Assembly: GCA_015058145.1 (NCBI GenBank)
Contig: SVCX01000001.1
Span: 76,297 to 140,296, forward strand
Length of the DNA stretch: 64,000 bases
Direction: 5' to 3'
From: Clostridiales bacterium
GTDB lineage: Bacteria > Bacillota > Clostridia > Peptostreptococcales > Anaerovoracaceae
In this document: piece by piece, positions 29,127 to 38,638 of the stretch
Layout of the letters: each line of letters begins with the position of its first letter
How positions within the stretch are numbered: position 1 is the stretch's first letter
Notes under the pieces: model-generated
The model's input: the letters and a program-made list of their open reading frames with translations, nothing else
What the model was told of the DNA's origin: nothing
Database searches by the model: none
Position numbers and translations under genes: made by a program

Positions 29127-29141
29127 GCAAAGTCCGTGCCA
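29127..29141 (-). promoter_or_regulatory. Sigma54 -24/-12 promoter of the Fe-ADH gene
   Basis: TGGCAC-GGACT-TTGC, 6 bp from the ruvX stop codon. Confidence 0.85.
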
Positions 29142-29147
29142 ATCATT

Positions 29148-29576
29148 CTATCTGTTGCTGTCGAGGTATCCCTGCAGGATGATGATCGCAGCCTGCCTGT
29201 CGATGATTTCTTTTCGCTTGTTGCGACGCATATCAGCTTCGATCAGGACTTTCTCTGCCATAACAGTAGTAAGTCGTTCATCATAGTATTCGAGTTTTAC
29301 ATGATTCATGCCGCTGCCAGTAAGCTTGTTCTCCAGTCTTTGCCTGAATTCCCTCACCTTCTCCGTTTGCGGACTGTCGGAACCGTCGAGCTTTAAGGGC
29401 AGACCGATAACGACCGTATCACAGTCATATTCTTTGATGTATTCTAAAATCTTGCCGGTATCCTTCTTGATTCCGACACGTTCTATTGTTGTTACACCCT
29501 GTGCCGTGACCCCCAGGCCGTCACTGACAGCTACACCGATGGTCTTATCTCCAACATCGAGACCGAGTTTACGCAA
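29148..29576 (-). CDS. ruvX: YqgF/RuvX pre-16S rRNA nuclease / Holliday junction resolvase-like protein
   Basis: LGLDVGDKTIGVAVSD, VIGLP, DERLTT, IDRQAA.IILQ; TTG start. Confidence 0.95.
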   Translation of the reverse strand: MRKLGLDVGDKTIGVAVSDGLGVTAQGVTTIERVGIKKDTGKILEYIKEYDCDTVVIGLPLKLDGSDSPQTEKVREFRQRLENKLTGSGMNHVKLEYYDERLTTVMAEKVLIEADMRRNKRKEIIDRQAAIIILQGYLDSNR

Positions 29577-29631
29577 TTGACTCTCCTTTACATAACTTAA
29601 TTATTGAAAACAAAGCAATCATTCCAAAAAT

Positions 29632-29663
29632 CAAAAAATAGTGGCGGACAAAAAGCCCGCCAC
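29632..29663 (-). terminator. Intrinsic terminator after ireB
   Basis: gtggcgg / ccgccac stem followed by TATTTTTT on the minus strand. Confidence 0.65.
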
Positions 29664-29678
29664 AAAAGAATCCAACGA

Positions 29679-29927
29679 TTATTTATCGAGATAAGCCTTA
29701 ATCAGTTCTTCGACCAGATCGTCTCTCTCGATTCTGCCGATGACATTTCTGGCGTTGTTGTGACTTGTTATGTATGATGGATCTCCTGATAGAATATAAC
29801 CCACCATCTGGTCGATTGCGTTGTATCCTCTTTCATCAAGAGAATCATATACGATTGTCAGTATTTCCTTGATTGTCTTCTGCTCGACTTTATCAAAGTT
29901 ATCATACATCCTTGTCTGTCTATCCAT
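29679..29927 (-). CDS. ireB: IreB/ReoM family (UPF0297) regulatory phosphoprotein
   Basis: VYDSLDERGYNAIDQMVGYILSGDPSYITSHNNAR; alaS-ireB-ruvX synteny. Confidence 0.93.
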   Translation of the reverse strand: MDRQTRMYDNFDKVEQKTIKEILTIVYDSLDERGYNAIDQMVGYILSGDPSYITSHNNARNVIGRIERDDLVEELIKAYLDK

Positions 29928-30031
29928 TCCAAAACCTCCAATCAGTTCACTTGGTGAATAAAGTATAACACCAGTTTACCAATCTTTACAAGTCCTTATA
30001 AGCGAATAATATCTTAAACTCTGTTAATTAT

Positions 30032-32659
30032 TTACAGTAATTCTGCAGCCTTTGCAAAAGCATCCTCAACCTTCGACGGATCCTTGGCTCCGGCCTGGGC
30101 CATGTCAGCTTTACCGCCGCCACCGCCGCCGGCAGCCTTTGCAATTTCCTTGATCATCTTGCCGGCGTGCATGCCCTTTTCAACCAGGTCATCCGTCAGA
30201 GAAACGAGGAATGTGACTTTGCCTCCTGATACGGACGCAAATACCATCACAACGTTCTTGTTCTCTGCCTTGACGTTGTCCGAAAGACTTCTCAGGTCAT
30301 TGATGTCATAGTCATCAAACTGCTTTGTGATGAGTCTGACGCCGTTGATTTCCTTCGCGTCGTCGAGGAACGATCCTGCATTCTTGCTCATCTCGGCAGC
30401 CTTGATCTGCGCGATTTCCTTGCGAAGCTCTTTGACTTCCTCCGTAAGGGCGGAAGCTTTCTCCGCCAGCTGATTCTTATCCGCCTTCAAGGCAGCTGCC
30501 GTATCGTTGATAATCTGCTGCTCTCTTATGTAATCAGCCAGAATACCCTGTCCGGTTACTGCTTCGATACGTCTGACGCCGGACGCAATTCCGGATTCAC
30601 TCAGAATCTTCAATGCGCCGATCTGTCCGGAATTGGATACGTGGGTACCGCCGCAGAACTCTCTGGAATAATCACCGATGGATACAACTCTGACCTTATC
30701 GCCATACTTCTCGTCAAAGAGCGCCATTGCGCCTTCCTTCCTTGCGTCCTCAATGTCCATAACCTTCGTTGTGACAGGCAGGAAGTGGCTGATCTTGTCA
30801 TTTACAATTTCTTCGACTTTCTGAATCTCCTCATTCGTCATGGCTTCATAATGGGAGAAGTCGAAACGAAGTCCGTTCTTATCCACATGAGAACCTGATT
30901 GTTTAACATGATCGCCGAGAACTTCACGCAGCGCTCTGTGCAGCAGATGCGTCGCAGAGTGATTGGCAGCCGTCATATTTCTGAACGGCGCATTCACCAT
31001 AGCGTCCACACGATCTCCCGCATCAAAGGAGCCTCGCATGATATTTACACTATGCAGGTAGACCGCATCGTGTTTTTTAACGTCTTCAACGTGGGCTACG
31101 CCGCCCTTTTCGTTGTAGATATAACCATCATCGCTGACCTGTCCGCCGCTTTCCGCGTAGAAAGGGGTCTTGTCGAGGATGAAGATGCACTTGTCACCTT
31201 TTGCCGCTGTATTTGCCGGTTCGTAGTTTTCCGTCAGGATGTGATTGATTACAGACTGCTGGTTGATTGTCTCGTAACCTGTGAATTCAGTTGTTTCCGA
31301 AACACCGAGCTCACGTTCTTCGTTCTTCCAGCCTGCGCCTTCCATTTCCTGCTCGGTTCTGGACAGTTCCTTCTGGCGCTGCATTTCCGCGGCGAATCCT
31401 TCTTCGTCCACTTCATAGCCTTTTTCGGCCATGATTTCCTTTGTCAGGTCGATTGGGAAGCCATAGGTATCATGCAGTTTGAACGCTTTCGCTCCGTCGA
31501 GTACTTTGCTTCCGGAGATGACCATGTCCGCGATATGCTCATCAATGATGCTCATGCCTTTATCGATGGTCGCCGCAAACTTCTCCTCCTCGGATCTGAC
31601 GATTCTCTTGATCATAACTCTGCGCTTCTCGAGGATTGGATACGCTCTTCCGGATTCGTCAATGACTCTGTCGCAGAGGTCCGCAAGGAACGGTCCCTTG
31701 ATGCCCAGCTTGCGCCCGTGAAGAGCAGCTCTTCGGATGAGTCTGCGCAGAACATAGTCCCTGCCCTCGTTTCCCGGCAGAATATTGTCGCTGATCATAA
31801 ACGTCATGGAACGCAGATGGTCTGTGATGATTCTGAGAGATACATCTGTCGGCGCTTTGCCGTCTTTGTATTCGACGCCGGATACCTTCTCGACCTGACT
31901 GAGGACGGAGCGAATCGTGTCCACGTCAAAGATGCAGCTCGTCTCCTGCATGATGCAGGCAAGTCTCTCAAGGCCGAGGCCAGTATCGATATTCGGATGA
32001 GGCAGATCTGTATAAGTGCCGTCCTCTTCTTTATTGAACTGGGTGAATACCAGATTCCAGAACTCAACATATCTGTCGCATTCACAGCCAGGCTTGCAGT
32101 CTGGTTTGCCGCAGCCGTGCTCTTCCCCTCTGTCGAAGTAGATTTCCGAGCACGGACCGCACGGACCGCCGGTCCCGATTTCCCAGAAGTTATCCTCCTT
32201 ACCGAGTCTTACGATCTTTTCCTCCGGAAGACCGATCATGTTATGCCATAAATCAAAGGCTTCTTCATCATTTTCATAGATCGTGACCCAAAGCCTGTCC
32301 TCCGGCATCTTGAGTTCATTTGTCGCGAAATCCCAACCCCAGGTGATGGCCTCTTTTTTGAAGTAATCGCCGAATGAAAAATTACCCAGCATTTCAAAGA
32401 AGGTACCGTGTCTGTCTGTGTAACCGACATTCTCAATATCGCCTGTTCTGATGCACTTCTGACATGTCGTCATCCTCTTTGAAGGAGGCGTCTTCAGACC
32501 GGCAAAATACGGCTTCAGAGGCGCCATTCCAGCTCCGATAAGAAGAAGGCTTGGATCATCTTCCGGAATCAGAGAAAAGCTCTCTCTTCTGTAATGCCCC
32601 TGCTTCTCGAAGTAGCTCAGAAACATTTCTCTCAATGTGTTAAGACCCAGTTTTTCCAT
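30032..32659 (-). CDS. alaS: Alanine--tRNA ligase
   Basis: AGMAPLKPYF, QKCIRTGDIENVG, HGTFFEMLGNFSFGDYFK, NHSATHLL, EFCGGTHV, GGGGGK. Confidence 0.99.
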   Translation of the reverse strand: MEKLGLNTLREMFLSYFEKQGHYRRESFSLIPEDDPSLLLIGAGMAPLKPYFAGLKTPPSKRMTTCQKCIRTGDIENVGYTDRHGTFFEMLGNFSFGDYFKKEAITWGWDFATNELKMPEDRLWVTIYENDEEAFDLWHNMIGLPEEKIVRLGKEDNFWEIGTGGPCGPCSEIYFDRGEEHGCGKPDCKPGCECDRYVEFWNLVFTQFNKEEDGTYTDLPHPNIDTGLGLERLACIMQETSCIFDVDTIRSVLSQVEKVSGVEYKDGKAPTDVSLRIITDHLRSMTFMISDNILPGNEGRDYVLRRLIRRAALHGRKLGIKGPFLADLCDRVIDESGRAYPILEKRRVMIKRIVRSEEEKFAATIDKGMSIIDEHIADMVISGSKVLDGAKAFKLHDTYGFPIDLTKEIMAEKGYEVDEEGFAAEMQRQKELSRTEQEMEGAGWKNEERELGVSETTEFTGYETINQQSVINHILTENYEPANTAAKGDKCIFILDKTPFYAESGGQVSDDGYIYNEKGGVAHVEDVKKHDAVYLHSVNIMRGSFDAGDRVDAMVNAPFRNMTAANHSATHLLHRALREVLGDHVKQSGSHVDKNGLRFDFSHYEAMTNEEIQKVEEIVNDKISHFLPVTTKVMDIEDARKEGAMALFDEKYGDKVRVVSIGDYSREFCGGTHVSNSGQIGALKILSESGIASGVRRIEAVTGQGILADYIREQQIINDTAAALKADKNQLAEKASALTEEVKELRKEIAQIKAAEMSKNAGSFLDDAKEINGVRLITKQFDDYDINDLRSLSDNVKAENKNVVMVFASVSGGKVTFLVSLTDDLVEKGMHAGKMIKEIAKAAGGGGGGKADMAQAGAKDPSKVEDAFAKAAELL

Positions 32660-32747
32660 TGTATAATTATCCTCCGTATAATAAGGGTTTTGTTCATCAA
32701 CAAGTAATTATTATACATCACAGACAGGACTTAAATCAACTCGTTCT

Positions 32748-34160
32748 TCAGCGTCTGGAAGGTCTCGGCGCAGTGTGCAGGGACATACCGTGTACATCTT
32801 CCAATGCCTCGCCGATTCCTTCGCTGTAAGTCGGATGAGACATAATGCTGCGCAGCATATCCGGAACGGTAAGTTCATTCACAATCGCTGTTGTGAACTC
32901 GCCGATCATATCCGTTGCGCGGGCGCACATCATCTGGGCCCCGAGAATCTTCTCGGAACCGGCCTCTGCTACAACTTTGATGAAGCCTCTCTCCTCCTTG
33001 GTGATGAGGCTCTTGCCGTTGGCGCTCATGATGAATTTACCGGTGATGACATCGATACCCTCATCCTTCGCCTGAGCTTCGGTCATTCCGACGATGGCAA
33101 TTTCCGGATCCGTGTAGACACCAGCAGGAACTACAGAAACATTCTGTGAAGCGGTAGAGCCGCAAATGGACTCGACCGCGCGTATTCCATGGGCTGATGC
33201 TGCATGGGCCAGCTGAATGCCGCCAATCATGTCGCCAATGGCGTATACGCCCGGAATGCTTGTGCGGAAGGCATCGTCCACTTTCACGTACCTGCCGTTC
33301 ATCTCCGGCTGCGCTTCCTCAGCGAAAAGTCCTTCTGTAACAGGGCGTCTGCCTGCAGCGACGAGAATATAATCTCCCGAGGCAGTCTGCTCTTTCCCTT
33401 TTTCCTCATAGAAGGCAGTCACCTCTCCGTCTGCTGTCTCGGCAAATCTGCTGACCATGGCTGAAGTATGGATATCCACTCCCCTCTTCTTCAGAATCAT
33501 CTTCAGATTCTGGGAGATTTCCTTATCAAAGTTGTCCAGAATCTTTGGAAGCGCTTCGAGAATCGTCACCTCGCTGCCCAGATTGGAGAACACGGTAGCG
33601 AATTCCACGCCGATGACGCCGCCGCCGATGATCACCAGTTTTTTTGGTGCGTGATCGAGAGCGAACAAACCGTCGCTGTTGACGACCTTCGGCAGATCGT
33701 TCCCTTCCACAGGAAGAGATGCCGGTTTTGAACCAGCAGCCAGAATCACATTGTCAGCGTAATACACTTCTTCTCCTACGCTGACCGCATTGACACCATC
33801 AACAGGAGGCAAAAGTACTCCCCTGCCGTTAACGACGGTAATCTTATTGCCCTTGAGCAGCTGCTCGACACCGCCGACCAGAGAATCCACAGTCTCCTGT
33901 TTATACTCGCATATCTTGCCGTAATCAAAGGAAACGCTCTCCGCGTGCAGGCCGAAGCGCTCCCCTTCCTGCATCTCACGATACAGGGAAGAAGCGTGTA
34001 TCATGGCCTTTGTGGGAATGCACCCTCTGTTAAGGCAGGTTCCGCCGACGCGGTTTGCTTCGATCACCGCAACCTTCAAACCCTTCTGCGCGCCTCGAAT
34101 CGCAGCTACATAGCCGCCCGGACCCGCGCCGATGACTATTAAATCGTATTTGTCACTCAT
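32748..34160 (-). CDS. lpdA: Dihydrolipoyl dehydrogenase (glycine cleavage L protein)
   Basis: GAGPGGYVAA, GGTCLNRGCIPTK, GGGVIGVE, HPTYSE; follows gcvP. Confidence 0.96.
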   Translation of the reverse strand: MSDKYDLIVIGAGPGGYVAAIRGAQKGLKVAVIEANRVGGTCLNRGCIPTKAMIHASSLYREMQEGERFGLHAESVSFDYGKICEYKQETVDSLVGGVEQLLKGNKITVVNGRGVLLPPVDGVNAVSVGEEVYYADNVILAAGSKPASLPVEGNDLPKVVNSDGLFALDHAPKKLVIIGGGVIGVEFATVFSNLGSEVTILEALPKILDNFDKEISQNLKMILKKRGVDIHTSAMVSRFAETADGEVTAFYEEKGKEQTASGDYILVAAGRRPVTEGLFAEEAQPEMNGRYVKVDDAFRTSIPGVYAIGDMIGGIQLAHAASAHGIRAVESICGSTASQNVSVVPAGVYTDPEIAIVGMTEAQAKDEGIDVITGKFIMSANGKSLITKEERGFIKVVAEAGSEKILGAQMMCARATDMIGEFTTAIVNELTVPDMLRSIMSHPTYSEGIGEALEDVHGMSLHTAPRPSRR

Positions 34161-34190
34161 TTCCAAACCTCTGTATTATTTCACTTAGAT

Positions 34191-34220
34191 AAAAGGGTCT
34201 GATGAAAGCATCAGACCCTT
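34191..34220 (-). terminator. Hairpin/terminator between gcvPB and lpdA
   Basis: Perfect 12-bp stem aagggtctgatg-aaag-catcagaccctt. Confidence 0.65.
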
Positions 34221-34235
34221 ACCAATATCGGTTGT

Positions 34236-35675
34236 TTATTCGAACTCGTACTTGAGAACTGGATGTCTCGCCGCACCGACCTCATCAAGCCGCGTCACAG
34301 GAGTCTTCACCGGAGCCTGATGCAGTTTTTCCGGATCCGAGTAGGCAATCTCATTGAGCTCCATGAACACACCGATTGCCCAATCGAGAGTCTCCTTAGA
34401 CTCTGTTTCGCACGGTTCTGCCATCAGCGCTTCGTGTACCGTCAGAGGGAAGTACATTGTAGGCGGATGAATGCCATTGTCGAGCAGCCCTTTGGCGATA
34501 TCCATTGCCGTAACGCCTGTCTCCTTGGCCTGCCGTCCGATATCCATCACGAACTCATGCATGCAGACCTCTGGATTGAACGCGATATCGTAAACTGCCG
34601 ACAGCTTCTTCATCATGTAGTTGGCGTTGAGAACCGCATTCTTGCTGGCTTCCGGAATACCTTCCTTGCCGAGCATCTTGATATATGTCAGAGCCTTTAC
34701 GGCTACCAGGAAGTTTCCGTAGAAGTTCTTCATCTCGCCGAGGCTTTCCTGCGCCTTTGCAAAATCATATGCCCCGTCTTTCTCCACGGCGTAGACGCCA
34801 GGCATGAACTTCGCCAGATGCTCTTTGCAGCCGACCGGTCCGCTTCCCGGCCCGCCGCCTCCGTGCGGTGTCGAGAATGTCTTGTGGAGATTGAGGTGCA
34901 CGCAGTCGAAGCCCATATCGCCCGGACGTGCCCAGCCCATAACGGCGTTCAGGTTCGCGCCGTCGTAGTAGCACTGTCCGCCGCACTCGTGAATAATATC
35001 CGTAATCTCTTTGATGTTAGGATCGAAGAGTCCGGCCGTATTCGGGTTGGTAAGCATGAGTCCTGCAATCTCATCGTTTCCGGCACAGACTTCTCTCAGT
35101 TTTTCAACATCCACCAGTCCCTTTTCGTCGGAATCCACGTTGATGACCTCCATGCCTGCCATAACAGCAGATGCCGGATTGGTTCCGTGAGCCGAATCAG
35201 GAACGATGATCTTGCGTCTCTGGGTATCACCATTGGACAGATGATAAGCCTTGATCAGGAGCAGTCCCGTAAATTCTCCGTGAGCGCCTGCTGCCGGCTG
35301 GAGCGTGAAATTGCTCATACCGGTGATCGCGGACAGAGCATCCTCTGTCTCCTTCAGAATCTGCAGACATCCCTGCACCGTTTCTACCGGCTGAAGCGGA
35401 TGAATCTGCGTAAATCCGTCAAGGGATGCCATCTGCTCGTTGATCTTTGGGTTGTACTTCATGGTACAGGAACCGAGCGGATAGAAGCCGTCGTTTACAC
35501 CATGAGCCTTCTTGGCAAGCTCTGTATAATGTCTGCTCAGATCCACCTCGGCCATCTCAGGAAGATGGAGCTCGGATTCTCTCATATCATCATCCGGAAG
35601 TGTGTACTGTTCTACGTCACATTTCGGGAGAGCACTGCAGCCTCTTCCCGGACGGGATTTCTCAAATATCAGCAT
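34236..35675 (-). CDS. gcvPB: Glycine dehydrogenase (decarboxylating) subunit 2
   Basis: YPLGSCTMKYNP, QPAAGAHGE, SAHGTNPASA, HLNLHKTFSTPHGGGGPG; TGATG coupling with gcvPA. Confidence 0.97.
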   Translation of the reverse strand: MLIFEKSRPGRGCSALPKCDVEQYTLPDDDMRESELHLPEMAEVDLSRHYTELAKKAHGVNDGFYPLGSCTMKYNPKINEQMASLDGFTQIHPLQPVETVQGCLQILKETEDALSAITGMSNFTLQPAAGAHGEFTGLLLIKAYHLSNGDTQRRKIIVPDSAHGTNPASAVMAGMEVINVDSDEKGLVDVEKLREVCAGNDEIAGLMLTNPNTAGLFDPNIKEITDIIHECGGQCYYDGANLNAVMGWARPGDMGFDCVHLNLHKTFSTPHGGGGPGSGPVGCKEHLAKFMPGVYAVEKDGAYDFAKAQESLGEMKNFYGNFLVAVKALTYIKMLGKEGIPEASKNAVLNANYMMKKLSAVYDIAFNPEVCMHEFVMDIGRQAKETGVTAMDIAKGLLDNGIHPPTMYFPLTVHEALMAEPCETESKETLDWAIGVFMELNEIAYSDPEKLHQAPVKTPVTRLDEVGAARHPVLKYEFE

Positions 35676-36988
35676 CACTTCACCTCCTTCACGGCAGCAA
35701 CGGCATGATCGATATCGGCCTTGCTGTTCATTTCAGTGCAGCACCAGAGGATACGATTATCATCCAAAGGCAGGCCTCCGAGAATGCCTTCCTCATCCAG
35801 CGCCTTGAGGACATCGGATGATTGTTTGTCTGAACTGGTTACGAATTCATGGAAGAATTCATCGTTCTCAATCTCAAAACCGGCGCGGCTCAGTTCCGCA
35901 GCCATGTAATGAGCCTTGGAGTAACACTGGTTCGCCACATTTTTGAGACCTTCGCTTCCCATTGCGGAAAGGTAAACGCCGACAGCCAGCGCGCACAAAG
36001 CCTGATTGGAGCAAATGTTGCTCGAAGCCTTCTCACGTCGGATGTGCTGCTCTCTTGCCTGCAAGGTGAGTACATAACCGGTCTTGCCGTTGTGATCGAC
36101 TGTCTGACCTACGATTCTGCCAGGAAGACTTCTCTTCATAGAATCAACGCTGGCCATAAAGCCCAAATACGGTCCGCCGAATGCCAGCGGAAGTCCCAGA
36201 GGCTGTCCCTCGCCGATGGCGAAATCAGCGCCGTATTCTCTCGGTGTCTTCATCGTACCAAGTGTGACAGGATTCACCGACATGATGAATCTGCAGTTTT
36301 TGACTTCATGGGCAATCTTGCCGATTTCCTCCGCATCTTCCAGACTTCCGTAGTAGTTCGGATGCTGGATCAAAACACACGCGGTATCGTCCGTCATGAG
36401 TTCTTTCAGCGCATCGACGTCTGTCTTAAGATCCTTCTCAGGAATGACAACGAGTTCCATCTCATTGCCGAAACAGTACGTTTCGATGACTTTCATCGCG
36501 GACGGCTGAATGCATGCTGAAACAAGGGCTCGGTTTGCCTTGCGGCCCCTGCACATAGCAACAGCCTCGCCAGCTGCCGTCGCTCCATCGTATACGGAAG
36601 CATTCGACACATCCATACCAGTCAAATCGCAGATCATCGTCTGATACTCGAAGATGGACTGGAGAACGCCCTGACTGATTTCCGCCTGATACGGCGTATA
36701 TGCCGTCTGAAGCGTTTCATTGCTCAATACACTGCCTACGATAGCCGGAATGTAATGCCTATAGGCTCCTGCGCCGCGGAACACAGAATCATAGATTCTG
36801 TTCTTAGCAGCGATTTTTCGAATCTCTTTTCCTGCCTCCATCTCAGACATTCCGGCAGGCAGATCGAGATCCCCCTTAAATTTCACAGCGTCTGGAATAT
36901 GCGCAAAGAGATCGTCCAGTTTTTCATAGCCGATTTCACGCAGCATCTCCAACTGCTGTTCCTTAGTATTAGGAACAAAAGTGCCCAT
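35675..36988 (-). CDS. gcvPA: Glycine dehydrogenase subunit 1
   Basis: TAYTPYQAEISQG, NASVYDGA, GGPYLG, REQHIRREKASSNICSNQAL. Confidence 0.97.
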   Translation of the reverse strand: MGTFVPNTKEQQLEMLREIGYEKLDDLFAHIPDAVKFKGDLDLPAGMSEMEAGKEIRKIAAKNRIYDSVFRGAGAYRHYIPAIVGSVLSNETLQTAYTPYQAEISQGVLQSIFEYQTMICDLTGMDVSNASVYDGATAAGEAVAMCRGRKANRALVSACIQPSAMKVIETYCFGNEMELVVIPEKDLKTDVDALKELMTDDTACVLIQHPNYYGSLEDAEEIGKIAHEVKNCRFIMSVNPVTLGTMKTPREYGADFAIGEGQPLGLPLAFGGPYLGFMASVDSMKRSLPGRIVGQTVDHNGKTGYVLTLQAREQHIRREKASSNICSNQALCALAVGVYLSAMGSEGLKNVANQCYSKAHYMAAELSRAGFEIENDEFFHEFVTSSDKQSSDVLKALDEEGILGGLPLDDNRILWCCTEMNSKADIDHAVAAVKEVK

Positions 36989-37006
36989 ATATGCCGCCTT
37001 TCCAGA

Positions 37007-37387
37007 TTATTCTTCTTCGCTGCAGAACACTTCGTAATCCTCAGGGGACAGAAGTTCTTCAGCCTGTTCTGTTACATTTTCAACTTTGATGAACCAAGCA
37101 TCATTGGCGTTTTCATTGATCATCTCAGGAGCATCCAGAAGTTCTTCGTTAATCTCTGCGATAACTCCGGAAACTGGTGAATAAATGTCTGATACAGCTT
37201 TTACGGACTCAACGTCTGCGAAGACTTCTCCCGCAGTGACTTCATCGCCCGGTTCCGGCAGATTGACAAATACCAGATCTCCCAGCTCTGACTGAGCGTA
37301 ATCAGAAATACCTACTGTCGCGGTATCCCCATCGATAACGACCCATTCGTGTGATTTCATGTACAGCGCATCATTCTTAAGTTCCAT
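37007..37387 (-). CDS. gcvH: Glycine cleavage system H protein
   Basis: [26 protein letters not shown] lipoyl-lysine motif. Confidence 0.97.
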   Translation of the reverse strand: MELKNDALYMKSHEWVVIDGDTATVGISDYAQSELGDLVFVNLPEPGDEVTAGEVFADVESVKAVSDIYSPVSGVIAEINEELLDAPEMINENANDAWFIKVENVTEQAEELLSPEDYEVFCSEEE

Positions 37388-37432
37388 TTTTAATCTCCTT
37401 TATATTGAAAACTTTAATTATTAACAAACAAT

Positions 37433-38521
37433 TTATCTCTTGTAGAATGGCAGTTCGCAAACTTCAGCGTCAACCATACGTCCTCTTACATCCACCTGAA
37501 CTTTGGTCCCGATTTCCTTGAATTCCCTCGGGATACGAGCCATTGCAATCGGATAATCGAAGTACGGGCACTTGGTTCCGGACGTTGTGTAACCGACCTT
37601 TTCTCCGTTTACATAAACATCCTGATGTTCACGTGCGATTCCTCTTCCCGTAATCTTCAAACCAACGCGTACAACTGCTGGTTTACCTGCTTCCTCCATT
37701 GGTTTTTTCCCGATAAAGTCTACTGGCTTCTTCAGTTTAATGGCGAACATAAGTCCGGCTTCTCTTGGTGAGATGTCGTCATTCATCTCATGACCGTAGA
37801 GCGGCATACCTGCTTCCATTCTCAGGGTATCTCTTGCACCGAGACCGCAAGGAATAAGCCCCTCATCCTTTCCAGCCTCATAGATTGCATCCCACATCTC
37901 CTCCGCCTTTGCCGCTGGAAGATATATCTCAACGCCATCTTCTCCTGTATATCCCGTGGTTGAGCAGAAACATGGAATTCCCGCAATCTCTGCACCGAAT
38001 CTGACATGATAGTACTTGTCAGGAATGCTTCCCTCGCTGCAGATACCGGATATAATATTCTTGGCCTTCGGACCCTGCACGGCAATCTGGGCGTACTGGG
38101 ATGAAACATCGGTAAATGTGACGTCACCGAACTGATGATCACACATCCACTTGTAATCCTTGTCCTTGTTTGCTGCATTAACAACGATAAAGTACTTGTC
38201 AGGACTCATTCTATACACGATGAGGTCATCTACCGTACCGCCCTTTTCGTTGCACATCGGTGAATATCTTGCCTGTTCATCAACCATATCCGTAAAGTCA
38301 TTGGTCAGAATCATGTTGAGATTATCCAGAGCGTCAGGACCTTCGCAGATGATCTCACCCATGTGTGACACATCGAACATTCCGGCCGCGGTTCTAACAG
38401 CCATGTGCTCCTTGTTTACGCCGGACGACTTGTACTGCACCGGCAGAATATAACCTGCAAACGGTACCATCTTTCCTCCGTATTCCAGATGTTTCTCATA
38501 GAGTGGCGTTTTGAGTTCCAT
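37433..38521 (-). CDS. gcvT: Glycine cleavage aminomethyltransferase T
   Basis: KTPLY, FDVSHMG, TGYTGEDG, GLGARDTLRMEAG.PLYG. Confidence 0.97.
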   Translation of the reverse strand: MELKTPLYEKHLEYGGKMVPFAGYILPVQYKSSGVNKEHMAVRTAAGMFDVSHMGEIICEGPDALDNLNMILTNDFTDMVDEQARYSPMCNEKGGTVDDLIVYRMSPDKYFIVVNAANKDKDYKWMCDHQFGDVTFTDVSSQYAQIAVQGPKAKNIISGICSEGSIPDKYYHVRFGAEIAGIPCFCSTTGYTGEDGVEIYLPAAKAEEMWDAIYEAGKDEGLIPCGLGARDTLRMEAGMPLYGHEMNDDISPREAGLMFAIKLKKPVDFIGKKPMEEAGKPAVVRVGLKITGRGIAREHQDVYVNGEKVGYTTSGTKCPYFDYPIAMARIPREFKEIGTKVQVDVRGRMVDAEVCELPFYKR

Positions 38522-38575
38522 AATATCTCCTTTTTTATATTTATCACTTTAACCGTCTAAATTAATACAACAGTG

Positions 38576-38603
38576 ATTATAACACAAGTAGTAGGCATGA
38601 AAA
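38576..38603 (-). promoter_or_regulatory. Possible extended -10 promoter directly upstream of gcvT
   Basis: TGTGtTATAAT on the minus strand; weak -35. Confidence 0.45.
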
Positions 38604-38638
38604 GACCATTTTCAAAAAGAATACACTATAATTTGTAT

